DNA of 60,229 nt. Origin: Mesotaenium endlicherianum (Eukaryota). The notes under the pieces were generated by a model. That model was not told the origin of the DNA and did not search any database. It saw only the letters and a list, made by a program, of their open reading frames with translations. How positions within the stretch are numbered: the first letter of the stretch is position 1; the number at the start of each line of letters is the position of its first letter. The DNA lies in the NCBI GenBank assembly GCA_009602735.1, contig WELA01001627.1, positions 32,238 to 92,466 on the forward strand. The letters run 5' to 3'. Made by a program: the position numbers and the translations under genes. Shown here one piece after another: positions 1 through 12,185 of the stretch.

Positions 1-821
1 TTCCAGTAAAGCCACCAGTCTGCGGCACTGCCTTTCAGTAGCGCACCGGTGTGCCTGACCTTCTCGTGATCTTGCAGTTCTGGGTAGTTCTCCAGCCACT
101 GCTCAACATCCGCGAGAAACTTGATCAGGTAATATTTTATGTTTCCCTCAGGATCATATTCCTGGGGAGGTTTTGGCTTGGGCTTACTAGCTCCTCGGCC
201 ACAACCACTAGTGGTTTGAGACCCCAGTTGGTCTCTGTCCCGCAGTAGGGACATTATGATTCTGTTGTCCTCCTGCTGGGACTGATACATGGTCGCCATT
301 TGCAGCTGCATCTGAACGAACAATGCTCCCAAGTCTACACTCTGGGGTGGTAGATTAGCAAATGCAGCAGCAGCATTGGCATCTACTCGCTGAGTAGTGT
401 CCTCAACAATCCCTCTCGCTCCTGCAGCAACAATTCCTGCCGCATTCAGCCGGTCACGTATTTGACCTAGGGGTACATTGAGTTGTACAGCAGGAGGTGG
501 GTTCAGAACATTGGCCCTTGATGCCATAAATTCTTCAACAGTGCGCTCGTCAGCTGGGTGTCCTTCCCTCCTTTCTGTATCTTCAGCGGCCTTTGCTACT
601 TGTTCAGCTTCTAATCTGGCTCTCTCCTCCTTAGCTTGCTGTGTTGCGACTGCGGCAATAACAGCTGCCTCATCTGCAGCCTCTCTAGCTGCAGTATCTG
701 CTACTGCTTCAGAATAGGTACGGGTTCCCGCTACATGGCTTTCCGCCTGGTTTTCGACATTCTCGTTATCCTGGTTCTCCATGTCTCGGGAGTTGCTAGT
801 TTGAGACCTTGTCCTTACCAT
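1..821 (-). CDS. gag: Ty3/Gypsy gag (element A), N-terminal part, runs off the window
   Basis: Hand translation of the - strand from ATG 821 is open to position 1: MVRTRSQ...KPPQEYDPEG...FLADVEQWL...GALLKGSAADWW (capsid-type LxGxAxxWW). It lies just downstream of a PBS and an LTR. Confidence 0.8.
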   Translation of the reverse strand, partial: MVRTRSQTSNSRDMENQDNENVENQAESHVAGTRTYSEAVADTAAREAADEAAVIAAVATQQAKEERARLEAEQVAKAAEDTERREGHPADERTVEEFMASRANVLNPPPAVQLNVPLGQIRDRLNAAGIVAAGARGIVEDTTQRVDANAAAAFANLPPQSVDLGALFVQMQLQMATMYQSQQEDNRIIMSLLRDRDQLGSQTTSGCGRGASKPKPKPPQEYDPEGNIKYYLIKFLADVEQWLENYPELQDHEKVRHTGALLKGSAADWWLYW

Positions 822-842
822 ACAAAGAAGACTGTGATAACT

Positions 843-854
843 GCTCCGATACCA
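843..854 (-). promoter_or_regulatory. Primer-binding site (tRNA-iMet-like) of element A
   Basis: TGGTATCGGAGC on the - strand, 1 nt after the LTR-terminal CA. Confidence 0.8.
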
Positions 855-855
855 C

Positions 856-1576
856 TGAAATAAATTGACTTATTAAATAGGCAATTAACAATTAATAAAG
901 ATCTTTATATCAGCAAGTAATCTTTATGGTATTTTTCGTTAATTGGTTAAACGGCAAAGGACAACACACTAGCAGTGAATAATACTCGTAAGTCAAATGC
1001 GAGTAAACTAGCATCAATAATGCAAATCAGTAAACTCATACATAAGCAAGGTTAGAAGACAGTGCGTATCAATGGCTTCTCGCCTTGGATTCAGATCTCT
1101 CTCAGTAAGCTGTACAAGAGAGTTGGCCTCGTTTCCGAATGCCGAACTCGAGAGCAATGCCTAGCATATGTACATGGAATGAGTTTACTGTTCAACGGTC
1201 AGTGCGATGGCACCGCCTACCCGGGAGTTAACCACGTTGGTAGGACCTCGGTTAACCAAATCCACCGCCATCTCCCATCATCCCGAATCGCCATCCATCA
1301 TAGGGATGTCATCTGGCCATTCATCTAGCATACCACATTTAGATGCATATCGAGGCAGTGCGCTGCTACCGAGTACGGAAGTCAGCTGGCTGTCAAAGAA
1401 TGTGTCAGCAAGCTGACTTAAGGTGACCTCAGCCTGCTACTTCGGGCCGAGTCATTAAACTGATATTAACTATAAAGTCCAGCAGACTGATCATTAACTA
1501 GAGTTCAGCAGGCTAAACTTATTTAATTATATTATTTAAATAAATATTATGTCAACCAATATACTGATTCATTACA
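856..1576 (-). mobile_element. 5' LTR of Gypsy element A, inserted into the 3' LTR of element B
   Basis: TG...CA termini and an adjacent PBS. Homology to the element B LTR begins immediately after 1576. Confidence 0.75.
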
Positions 1577-1685
1577 AGTATCTATTCACACTTGACTCCA
1601 CACAATACTACTCCAAATATATTCAAAAGCATTAAAATATATGCAAATTAATATATTATAACTCAAATCACTACGTCATCCCCCC
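1577..1685 (-). mobile_element. Remnant of element B 3' LTR (1577-1675) plus polypurine tract
   Basis: 1577-1674 aligns by eye with 9636-9732 and is preceded on the - strand by GGGGGGATGA. Confidence 0.8.
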
Positions 1686-2185
1686 GACAAAAAATGCGAC
1701 GTCTCGGCACGTCAAGTCAGGTCTTAAACATGTAAGGTAGACTAGTCAAGGTCGTGGGTGGTGTGACCTTATTGGCAAGCCTACTCCTTGATGATAAAGA
1801 ATACTGTACAAGTTGGCCCAGAATCTGCAATGAATTCAAAAATTCATAGCGTTCACATAACTGCTCCAAATCTAAAAATTTTAGTGCTAGACAAACCGCG
1901 TTGGAGAACTCTACCAAATCAACAAATTTAAGAGCATTCTGACTTCTGGAGTGTCGTTGAGAGCTGAGAGAGTAGGCCCTCCAAATCTGTGCAGAGACTT
2001 CTGATAATCATAAGTCCTTCTATACTTCTTCAAATTTTGCAAAGATAGTCTCTAAATGGACACCGTAAGGGCTTCTACCATAGTTTTGATTTTCAGAGCA
2101 TTCCAACTTCAGGGGAGGGCACAATGTCAGTAGGCATATTCTGCCCTTATAATGCCAGCAACCTGACCTCCTTCTACTCAGAGCA

Positions 2186-5115
2186 TCATATCTCGCTCAC
2201 CAGTGCTCCATATTGAGCAAACTTGGATTCTAACTTTGAGAAATACGACTGCGTCTGAAGGTGCTTCAACGCCTCGTGGTCCGTAGTGACCAGCACCTTG
2301 CGTCCTTCAACGTAGCAGTGCCAAACCTTCAAGGCATGTACAATCGCCAATGCCTTTTGCTCCGTGGTTGTATAATTTTGCTCGGCTGGATTTAGCTTTC
2401 TTGACTCGTAGGCAATGGGCTTCAGTCCCTTGCCTTGGTCTTGAAGCAGGATTGCTCCTTTTGCAGAGTAAGATGCATCGGTGATGACGTGGAAGGGCCA
2501 ATCTGGGTTTGGACTTGGGAGTGTGAGTACCGAGGATGTCGTCAATCTTTTGCTTCAGCTGTTGGAATGCTTCCTCCTCTTTCTTGGTCCAAACATATGG
2601 CTTGTCTTTTTTCAGTAGATCCGTGAGAGGGGCTGCTATGTGCGAGAAGCTCTGGATGAATCTCTTGTACCAATTGGCAAATTCCAAGAATGATTAGAGT
2701 TCTTTCTTGGTCGTGGGGGTTGGCCATTCCTCCACCACCGTGGTCTTCTTAGGGTCCATCTTGATGCCATCAGCAGTCACGTGGAGACCTAAGAACTCCA
2801 ATTCTTGTTTGGCAAACTCGCACTTTAACTCCTTTGCAAATAGCTTGTTTTGCTTCAATACTTCGAGGACTTCTTTCAAGTGTCTCGCATGCTCTTCCAG
2901 GGTCTTGCTGTAGATAAGGATGTCATCGATGAATACCACTACAAATCTGTCCAACATGGGCTGAAATATGGTGTTCATCATAGTCATGAAAGTTGCTGGC
3001 GCGTTGGTGAGTCCAAAGGGCAAGACCATGAACTCAAAATGTCCATATCTTGTCCTGAACGCCGTCTTCTCTATGTCAGGTTCAGCGATGCGAATCTGGT
3101 GGTAGCCGCTTCTCAAGTCCACCTTCGTGAAGTACTTGGCTCCAACCAACCGGTCCACGAGCTCATCCATGCGCGGCAGCAGGTGTCAATTCTTGATGGT
3201 GATCTTGTTGGGGGCGTGATAGTCCACACACATCCTCAAGGTACCATCCTTCTTCTTGACAAATAGCACCGGGGCTTCAAATGGCGACTTGCTAGGTCGA
3301 ATGAAGCCATGCTCCAGTAGCTCCTTAATTTGCTTCTTGACTTTGTCTAGCTCCGTGTATGACATCTTGAACATAGGCCGAGNCTTGAACATAGGCCAAG
3401 AGATGGGCTTGCTTCCGGGCTCCAACTCTATGTTGTGGTCTACGAATCTCTTGGGGGGTAGGCCCTTGGGCAATTCCAAGGAGAATACTTCTTTGTAGTC
3501 CTCTACGACTTCTTGTATCTCCTTGGGAAGGGGGCTGCCTTCTTGACTCTCAATGTCTTTCTTGATGTCTTTTGGCATGATCAAGGCCAAAAGAAGCTGG
3601 TGTCCATTCCTCACAAGTCTCTTGAGTTGGAGGGCGGACAATAATATCTCGTGTGCCGGCTTCTTAATGTCTTGGGTCTAGATATTCTAGATTGCGCACA
3701 AGATACAGATTCTTGAAGTGATGTCATTCTTGATCTTGATAGTACCGTCCTTCCAATCAACTTGGGGATTGTGCTTGGTCAACCAAGGCGTCCCTAGGAT
3801 AACGTCGTACTTGTCCAATTGCATGGGGGAGAACACTACTCTGTCCTTGAAGGACTTGATAGAGAGTGCCAAGAGGTACGTTTTCTTGGAAGGGGTAGTA
3901 TAGGAGAATCCGTCAGGCATCATAATCTCCTCGTCGTGGTCAAGAGTTCGCATAGTAATGCCGTGCTTGGTGGAAAAATCTGCAGCGATGAAGTTGCCTT
4001 GAGCTCCGCTATCCACCAAGATGTGGACCTTCTCTCTCAAACGCATTGGGGCTGGAACGTCGTCTTCAACGGGGGTCTCCAACTCACTTGGCTTGTTGTC
4101 CTCTCGTGAAGTGGGTCTAGGGGTGGTAGGCTCCTGGCCTACCGACGGTGTCCGTTTTTTGACAACTTTTTGGGGCATGAGAGTGCACGATGGCCCTTCT
4201 CCTTATAATAAAAGCATAGTCCAGCCGTCATGAGCACTTCTTTTTTAGCCGGGGACAGTCTTGCTTTCACTCCTTGCTGGTTTCTTGCATCATAAGTGGC
4301 ATTGGAGGGTCTTCCACTCTTCCGGGCAACCGCGGGGTCCCTTTTAATAACTCCAATTTCCATGGGTGTGGATCCTCATTTAGACATGGAAGGGGCTGCG
4401 TACACCCGCGTCGCCGGTGCCCGTGAAGATGAAGGCACGGAGTGCTTGAAATCCAAGGTATCCACCTTTTGAGCCACTTCAATAATCTTTGAAAAGTCCG
4501 TCAAGTCGCGTAATTCCACTTCTTTTGCCACCTTGCGCTTGAGGCCAGACACATAACGATCAATTTTCTCCTCGAGCGACATGTTGGGGATCTCAAGAGT
4601 GAGGCCATGAAATCTGGATGTATATTCTTGAACGGTCGTCATTTGCTTGAGATGGCGAAGCTTTTCTCGAGCAATTTTTTCCGCATTGATGGGCATGAAT
4701 TGCTTCTGGAGGGCTTCACGAAAATTCACCCATCTTGCATATGATGGTGGGGGCTCTTGGCCGGGTATGGAATGCGCCACAGCTTGATATACAGTCGCTT
4801 GATAGTTACGCCACCATGATGTTGCTGCTCCTCTGAGCAAGGTAACGGCAAAACGGACGTAGTCCTCCTCGGGTACTTCAAGGAATGTGAGGTACGTCTC
4901 CACTTGGTAGAGCCACAGATTCAATTTGGCTCCTCTCCCAGGATTGAAAGTGTCTGGTTTGCCGGGCTTGATGAGTTTCCTTGCTCTTGTAGGCTCTTGT
5001 GGAGGCGCTTGAGCCGGGGTTGGATTTTGAGCGTTGCTCGCAATAGGGGCAACTGAAAGGGGCAGAGTGCCCTAGTGGAAGCGTAGTGACTCACGAGGAA
5101 AAGAACTAGTTGCAA
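2186..5115 (-). pseudogene. Degenerate Ty3/Gypsy gag-pol (element D): capsid, zinc knuckle, protease, RT, RNase H; no integrase
   Basis: Fragmented ORFs: LLRGAATSWW, CFYYKEKGHRALSC, ILVDSGAQGNF, RT ...FIDDIL, RNase H VITDASY...IAYESRKL. Several stops and frameshifts. Confidence 0.9.
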
Positions 5116-5203
5116 TCATACTAAAGAGTGCGGCGGCATATCACTAAGAAATCTTAAGAAAATTACTCAACATTTTGAGTAGCAAGAAACTGCTCACAAA
5201 TGA

Positions 5204-5805
5204 TGTAGGATGAAAGGCCTCGTCATCACAAACTTGTAGAAATTTACAGAAGTGAAAACTGATAAGAAACAAAGTAGTTATGCCTATTTATAGTTTTCTG
5301 ACGTAAGTCCTCTCTAGATGGGAGGGCCGCTTAGCAACATATTTTCCTAAGTGTTTGTCAAATCGTCCCTTCCAGAATATTTGTGAGAAAGCCAGATCTG
5401 TCTCATCGGATGTGTCGGGTCGATTTGACGTCCACATACATGCATCGACATTACTAGAATATTCTATCTTAGGCGCGCTAGGCTAAACCGAAACTTCTAG
5501 GTAAATCGACCTAGTCGGCACACCGCGTCAGCCGAACTTACGTGAAGGTTCGAGTTCAATTTAACGGGCCAGATCGCTCGATGCTGTCGGTCAATCCGAC
5601 GGTCGCGCTCACCGCGAATTATGGACAGTCGTCGACCGACCTCAAAACTGATTAAACTTCGGAAATCCATGACTCTCTTGATACTTAACCAAATTTGATA
5701 AACATTATATCAAAATGATCACAAAAATGAACTCTACACTTCTATACAATCAAAACATACTTTCATAAAACTCAAAAGTGCACTGTATAAAGCTATGACC
5801 TTACA
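5204..5805 (-). mobile_element. LTR: 3' LTR of chromovirus C, also sitting upstream of element D gag
   Basis: TGTAGG...CCTTACA termini; PPT GAGGAGGGGGATGA immediately before it on the - strand; TATAAATA on the - strand at about 5285-5292. Confidence 0.75.
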
Positions 5806-8800
5806 TCATCCCCCTCCTCAAGATGCGACGTCCTCGACGCATTCTGCAGATAACGCCTCAACTTACTCTTACAATGAGTCAAGTTGGCCTCCCGCTCCCA
5901 AGTGTTGTCGTCCGTATGATAGCCTTTCCACTTGACCAGATACTCTTGGACAAATCGTTGGCCTCGCTTGACTCGTCGGTCGTCGACAATCGCCTCCACT
6001 TCATACTCCAATACATCATCGATCTCGACCGGTAGTGGCGGTGTAGGTAGTCGTCCTGGATGTCCTTCATTCGGGTCAACGTATGGCCACAAACAACTGA
6101 CATGGAACACATCATGAATACGCCAGCCTGAAGGAAGCTCCAACTTGTAGGTCACTGGATTCACCTGCTTGAGCCCCACAAAGGGACCTGTAAACCGTGC
6201 CCGCAGTTTCCTCTTGCCCGTGAAAGGTAGATATTCTGTTTACAAGAGTACTTTGTCACCCACATGGTATGTCGCTTCCCTCCTGTGCTTGTTGGCATAC
6301 TTGACCTGTTCCTCCTGTGCATTCCGAATACACGTCTTCGCCATATCCCAAGTCTTGGCCATTTGCTCCATAAACGCTTGTGTAGTAGGAACCTGAGTCT
6401 CCTTGGCCTTCTCCAACAAGATGTTCCCTGGATGATATACTTCTCGCCCATAAACTATAGCGAATGGTGACTGCTTGGTTGATCCCTGCATGCTCTTGTT
6501 GTAGGCAAACTCCAACTCTGGTAGCTTCTTGTCCCACTCTGAAGGGTCTTCCATAGTGAAACTCCTGAGCACCTCTTGCAGAGTTTTGTTGAGCCTCTCA
6601 CTCTGCCCGTCTATCTGAGGGTGATAGGAAGTGCTCATACTCAACTTGGTCCCCATCAAAGTTAACAATGACCGCCAAAAGTTGCTAGTAAATCGCGGAT
6701 CCCGATCTGAAACAATCACCTTCGGCAACCCATGCAGCTTGAAAATATGATCAAAGAATAGCCGTGCCACATCTGCTGCTGTAGAAGTCTTCTTCATGGG
6801 AATGAAGTGAGCCATCTTGTTGGGTCTATCAGACACAACCCATATTGCATCATGTCCTTGACTACTTACTGGTAACGACGTGATAAACTCCATAGCAATT
6901 TGCTCCCAAGGGTATTCTGGAATAGGCAGGGGCTGCAATGTACCTCCCTTCTTTTGATTTGGTGTCTTGTTTCTCTGGCACGCATCGCAACTCCTGATCC
7001 ACTCCTCGATGTCCTTGTCCATATTTCTCCAATAGTACTCCCGCTTCAGCACGCTTGCCGTCTTCTTGCTTCCAAAGTGTCCAGCATATAAGCAATCATG
7101 ATGCTCCGCAAGTAGTAAGTCTCGTAGCTCCTTGATGTCAGGTACCACCACTCTCTTGGAATCACCAATATACCATATGCCGTCCTTCTTCTGCATACTC
7201 GAGTTGGACTCAGCTGCTCCACCATCAACAAACTCTGGGTCCTCCTCATAACCTCTCTGAAGCTTCGCCTTGAAGTCCATACACTCCTTGATGACTGAGA
7301 CAGCTGAAATGTCACATTTCCTGGATAAAGCGTCTGCAGGGTTGATCTTCCCAGGTAAGTACTCAATCTTGTGGTCGAACTGTTGCAGAAACTCCATCCA
7401 CCTTGCTTGTCTTGGTGTCAACATTGGCTGCGTCATAAAATTTTCCAAGCTCTTGTGGTCGGTCTTGATGAACACATTCCGGCCGTCTACATAACATCGC
7501 CAAATCCTCAAAGCTTGGATAATAGCCAACATCTCCCGCTCGTGTGCTGCATAATTCTGCTCAGCAAGACTCAACTTCTTGCTCTCATGTGCCATAGGTT
7601 GCAATCCTTTGCCCTGGTCTTGGAGAAGAATGGCGCCCACTGCAAAATTTGATGCGTTCGTGATGATGGTGAAAGGAAGCTCTGGACTTGCAATTACCAA
7701 CACAGGTGCCTGTGTCAACAGCTCCTTAATCTTCTCGAAGGCTTGCTGCTCCTTGTCACCCCATAGCCACTTCTCCTGCTTCTTTAACATGTCCGTGAGC
7801 GGTGCACACACCTTGGCGAATTCCTCAATGGAGCGTCGATAATAATTTGCCAGACCGAGGAAGCTCCTGAGTTGATGAATATCAGCAGGTACCGGCCAAT
7901 CTCTGACTGCTTGCACCTTCTTCTGCTCCACCTTGACTCTTTCGGCTCCCACTATGTGCCCAAGAAACTCGACCTCCTTGAGACAGAAGTCGCACTTGCT
8001 CATCTTCCCATATAACTTTTGATATCTCAAGATCTCCAACATCTTCCTCAGATGCTCCACATGCTCCTCCAAGGTCTTTGAGTAGATCAAGATGTCGTCC
8101 AAAATACAACCACAAACTTGTCTAAATAGGGTCTCAAGATACTATTCATGAGTCCCATGAGTGTAGCAGGTGCATTAGTCAACCCAAAAGGCATGACTGT
8201 GAACTCAAATAACCCATTACGAGTTCTGAAAGCAGTCTTCTGAACGTCTCCTTCCACAATCCGTACCTGGAGATAGCCACTCAAATCAATCTTCGAGAAA
8301 CACTTCGCCTCGACAAGCCTGTCAATCAACTCGTCCACTCGTGGAAGTGGGTACCTATTCTTGATGGTGATCTTGTTAAGCGCCCGGTAGTCAACACACA
8401 TCCTCATAGTCCCATCCTTCTTCTTTATTAATAAGACTGGCGCTGCAAATGGAGACTCGCTCGGTCGGATGAATCCCTTCTCCAATAACTCTGTCAGCTG
8501 CTTCTTCAACTCATCTAACTCCGCAAACGATTGTCGATAGGCGGTTCTCACTGGTGGCTTGCTCCCTGGTTCCAACTCAATCTTGTGCTCCATAGCTCTC
8601 TGTGGAGGTACCTGCAGGTAGCTCCTCAGGAAATACGCACTTGAACTCCTCCAACGGCGCCTTAATTTGGGCAGGCATCTCAGCAGGCTTCTTTTCTTGA
8701 GCAGTTGGGCTCTGCTCCTTCTGAGTAAGGGGATCCGACACCACTACTTGCTCCTCCGGCGATATACATTTGCCCAGGCTGTTAGGATTCACGCTTGCTC

Positions 8801-8852
8801 CATGTGATGACCTGGCCAGGGCAACCGAAACAAGGTACATCTCCATTGACAT
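5793..8852 (-). pseudogene. Chromovirus pol (element C): RT, RNase H, integrase, C-terminal chromodomain; frameshifted, gag and protease deleted
   Basis: RT motifs; HHCC (H...H...CDAC); integrase core (VSDRD, GQSER); chromodomain YEVEAIV...YLVKWKGY...NTWE. Confidence 0.93.
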
Positions 8853-8900
8853 ACTTTCATGAAACTCAAAAATGCACTTTTATAAACCTATGACCATACA
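8849..8900 (-). mobile_element. Truncated 5' LTR of element C (first ~52 bp only)
   Basis: Matches about 5755-5805 with about 5 mismatches and ends in CA on the + strand. Confidence 0.7.
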
Positions 8901-9196
8901 GCAACCATGGCAGTCATAGCTTCTCTTGACGCTTGCACAGTAGCTTCATAGGTGGCCAAGCCCACTTGGTTGTGGACGGTCATTAGGAAGACTGCCCACT
9001 CATTTGCGGGATCTCCTTGTTGTGGGGTCAATTTTGCTATAGCGGCTGCCACGGGATTTGACGGTGCTCCTCCTTGTGGTGCTTCTTGTTGTTGTAGATT
9101 TTCTTGAGTGGGCTCTCCCATCGGCGCTGGAGGAGGGACTCTTGGAGAGGAAGGGCTTCCTTCGATAGCTTGCTGTTGGACTTGAAGATTGGCCAT
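8901..9196 (-). pseudogene. N-terminal gag remnant of element B
   Basis: Pro/Gln-rich ORF starting just after PBS TGGTGTCGGAGG (9221-9232), cut by element C. Confidence 0.55.
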
Positions 9197-9233
9197 CTTC
9201 TTGTGCTACCAAAGTGCCTACCTCCGACACCAC

Positions 9234-9733
9234 TGTAGTGAAACAGATAGATAAAGTACTTAGTAAAGTGGAATGCTTTATCTACTCAAGACAAGGATCT
9301 TTAAACACAAGTGGTAGCTTCTTGAAAGAGATAATTTTTTGAAAGTTTATACATTTCTGGAATTTGGCATGTATAAGAGTGATTTTGGAATGTCTTTCTA
9401 TGTTCTAGCTCTTGTTTATTTATTTGCTACATCAGTAATTTCTAGGAAGGTGCATGTTGATGTGTTGGCACCCAACACATCCCAAAAATTGCCACCTCTT
9501 TCTAGAATAATGTACACATGTCCTTTTGACCTAAAAATGGCACATTTGACTTTTGCCACATGGAGTTCTTCTAGGTCCTTCCTTTGATTTCAAAAATGCC
9601 TTCGAAGGTTCAAAGAACATGAACCAAGTCATTAGAGTATCTATTCACAATTGACTCCACACAATACTACTCCAGATATATTCAAAGCATTAAAATATAT
9701 GCAAACTAATACATTATAACTCAAATCACTACA
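9234..9733 (-). mobile_element. 5' LTR of Gypsy element B
   Basis: Perfect terminal inverted repeat TGTAGTGA...TCACTACA, adjacent PBS, second partial copy at 1577-1675. Confidence 0.85.
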
Positions 9734-9869
9734 GATGGTCATCATTCAATTGCTGCAAGGCGTCGGCTAGTTCTTGCGTTAGTGCAAAATGTCTACGCTC
9801 TCAAGAAGTGGAGGGGGCACTGCTCTTCTTGAAGACAAAGCGGTCATTCTGGCTTTAGGAGCCTCTTTC

Positions 9870-10151
9870 TAGACTTGCCTTCTTTTGCTCTCCAAATTTC
9901 CATTCTTGGGTGACTTTCATCCTTCCGGAAGTTGCAATAGAGTTGTAAGACATCCTTATCCAAGTACTGAACCAGGCTCATGATGGCAACAGACTGCGTG
10001 TATGAAGCATCCTTCCGCACCTTTTAAAGAAATTCGCTTAATATATTAGATCAAACTTTTCAAAAGTGAGACTATTATCGCTTGCTCGTCCACGAAAATA
10101 TTTTGTGGACAACTTGAACTTGGAATTCTCATCCTTTTCACCACTAGTCAT
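9870..10151 (-). pseudogene. Degenerate gag fragment related to the gag of the DNMT-bearing element
   Basis: Hand translation KYFRGRASD...KF...ANF...SLVQYLDKDVLQLY resembles YRFSGRPGT...EFQANF...TLMRYLSHEARDTF in the 42109 gag. Contains a stop and a frameshift. Confidence 0.45.
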
Positions 10152-10774
10152 CTCAGCAAGTGACTAGCAAGCACTGACCCTTACCCAAGTGTCTCGCTTT
10201 GTGCCCAAATCAGGTGCAAAAAATCGCTCGCTATACGGATTCTTATCGTTTGTGGAGATTTGTCGAGGCTTGTCTTCTGACGTTTGCTCTCTCCACGAGT
10301 TGTTAGGCAACTCAGAGATCTCACTTCTTCGTGGACTCTCGCTTGAGTCTGAGCCTTCCACAAGCTCCACAGGATGGTACATTCTACTACTCCTCAATCA
10401 CATATAAAGTTGAATTTTACCGACTCCTCTTCCAGGTTGTGCACCGGCTGACCTTTCAAGCCTTAGTCCTCAATTTGCTGGGGAATTCTCGTTCACCTGA
10501 ATCAATCAATTGAAGTCCTCAGAAGTAGGACAGAAGCGTCTTACTTCCAAATAGGCTTTTGCCAAAGTTGATGGTTATACAAATAAACACATTCTAGTTT
10601 GCAGAAATCACGTCTAAGCAAAACGCACACAACACGAAGTTTCAGTGGAAATTGGCCACCAGGGCTTTCGCTTAACTTTTACCAAGGCACAGCTTACAAA
10701 ACTCTAAAATCACTGCATCTATGCCGGCCAGGCTTGAGCTTTTTGCGCAAAAACGTGACAAACAGTGTTCCACG

Positions 10775-12185
10775 TTGGCTGGCTCACTCGGTTCTTCACT
10801 GAGGGCGTTACTTGTTAAATCTGCTCTTGCTATCAGCAATTCGACAAATGCGACTTCTGAGAACTTGGAAATCAACACAACCCTCACCATTTTATGTGCT
10901 CTTCGCATGCTTGTGGTGTTTGATCCTTATCTGCGCTAGAAGTCCTAGCAAATCCTATCTGCAAGCTCTCTACAACTTTTAAGTGGCATGCCTTCTTGGG
11001 AACTCCTATGTAACGATCCGCCGCGTGGCCGGATGCGGCGCGTGCGACACATCGCGTGGAGCAATAGAAGTTTTGGTTTCAATTGTATAAGTACAATTGG
11101 CGCGCGATCTAAGTACCTCGAGTTACCTTTTTGTTTGTATTGCTACAATGGTATCAAAGCGCGAACGTACGCAATTGTGTCTAGGAGACAAGGGTTCAAA
11201 TCTTGCGGGGTGCGAAACTCGTCGACGATACGACCGTACGGCGATCTTTGGATTGTACGAAGAAAGGACACTATCCCGAAACAACGTCCCTCGCGCTGCC
11301 GGAGCCTGAGTGCCTGGGACGTGCACACTTATAGGTGGGAGGAGTGTAACGATCCGTCGCGTGGCCAAATGCGGCGTGTGCGACACGTCGCGTGGAGCGA
11401 TAGAAGTGTCGATTTGAATTGTATAAGTACAATTGGCGCGCAATCTAAGTACCTTGATTTATCGTTCCGTTCGGATTGCTACATCCTAAACTCTAACATT
11501 TCTATGATACACTGAGAAAGAAACTAGTAAGCGTCGGCAGACGCGTGTCTTCTCGGCTCCTTGCGACCTTGGAAACTCCTTCTTCTTTGCACATTCCCTT
11601 TCTCTCTCCTTCTCCTTCTTCTCCTTCGCTCCTTTGCTCCTATAATCCTTTCTGGCAAATGTGCGAGGCAAGAATGAGTGCAACGTGTGCGAGGCTTGTG
11701 CCTATCCTAGGCACCACGCAAGCACGTCCCTCTCAAGAGTTAGTCACAGCCGCATGGATGTATGCTCCACCTCGTGGGTCAGCGCACCCCTATGTGGCCA
11801 TCGGGCCCATGTCTCCTAAAGTGGCATCTCGACGGTGGCAACTCCACGTAAGGGTTGCTGCCGAGTTGGCCTGCTTATCCAGCGTGGCCCGACTCATTCA
11901 GTGCTAAGCTAGCTGCTTGGTCAGCTTCCTTGACCTGGCAACTGCTGACATGGACCTTTTGCGGGTCTTTGTAAAAGCTGACCTGGCTGTCAAACCCCAC
12001 CCATCACTGAGTGTCGATTTTGACCCGTTGCAGTCACACGAAAGAGTGACTTTGACCTTAACTCTCAAATGCTGACTTTGCAGAGGTCGGCAATTTAGCC
12101 AGCGGCTCAACGCTGACAGTCCGCACCTGGGCGGTCGTTGCGCCACGCATGCTGCGCCATCAAACTGATAGCAGTCGCGACACTA
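10775..12185. repeat. Dispersed repeat, copy 1 (probable retroelement 5' region/LTR)
   Basis: Colinear by eye with 43163-43685 plus 51727-52195. Copy 1 carries the TRIM and copy 2 carries the hAT. Confidence 0.75.
11009..11483 (+). mobile_element. TRIM (miniature non-autonomous LTR retrotransposon)
   Basis: Two 139-bp TG...CA LTRs (11009-11147, 11345-11483), PBS TGGTATCAAAGC, PPT AGGTGGGAGGAG, 5-bp TSD TCCTA. The empty site is visible near 43390. Confidence 0.95.

Noticed and set aside
5191..5388. 9-bp inverted match between the sequence next to the LTR and 5379-5387, suggesting Tf1-like self-priming
   Set aside because: The match lies upstream of the predicted TATA box, so it would not be at the transcript 5' end; it is short enough to be chance.
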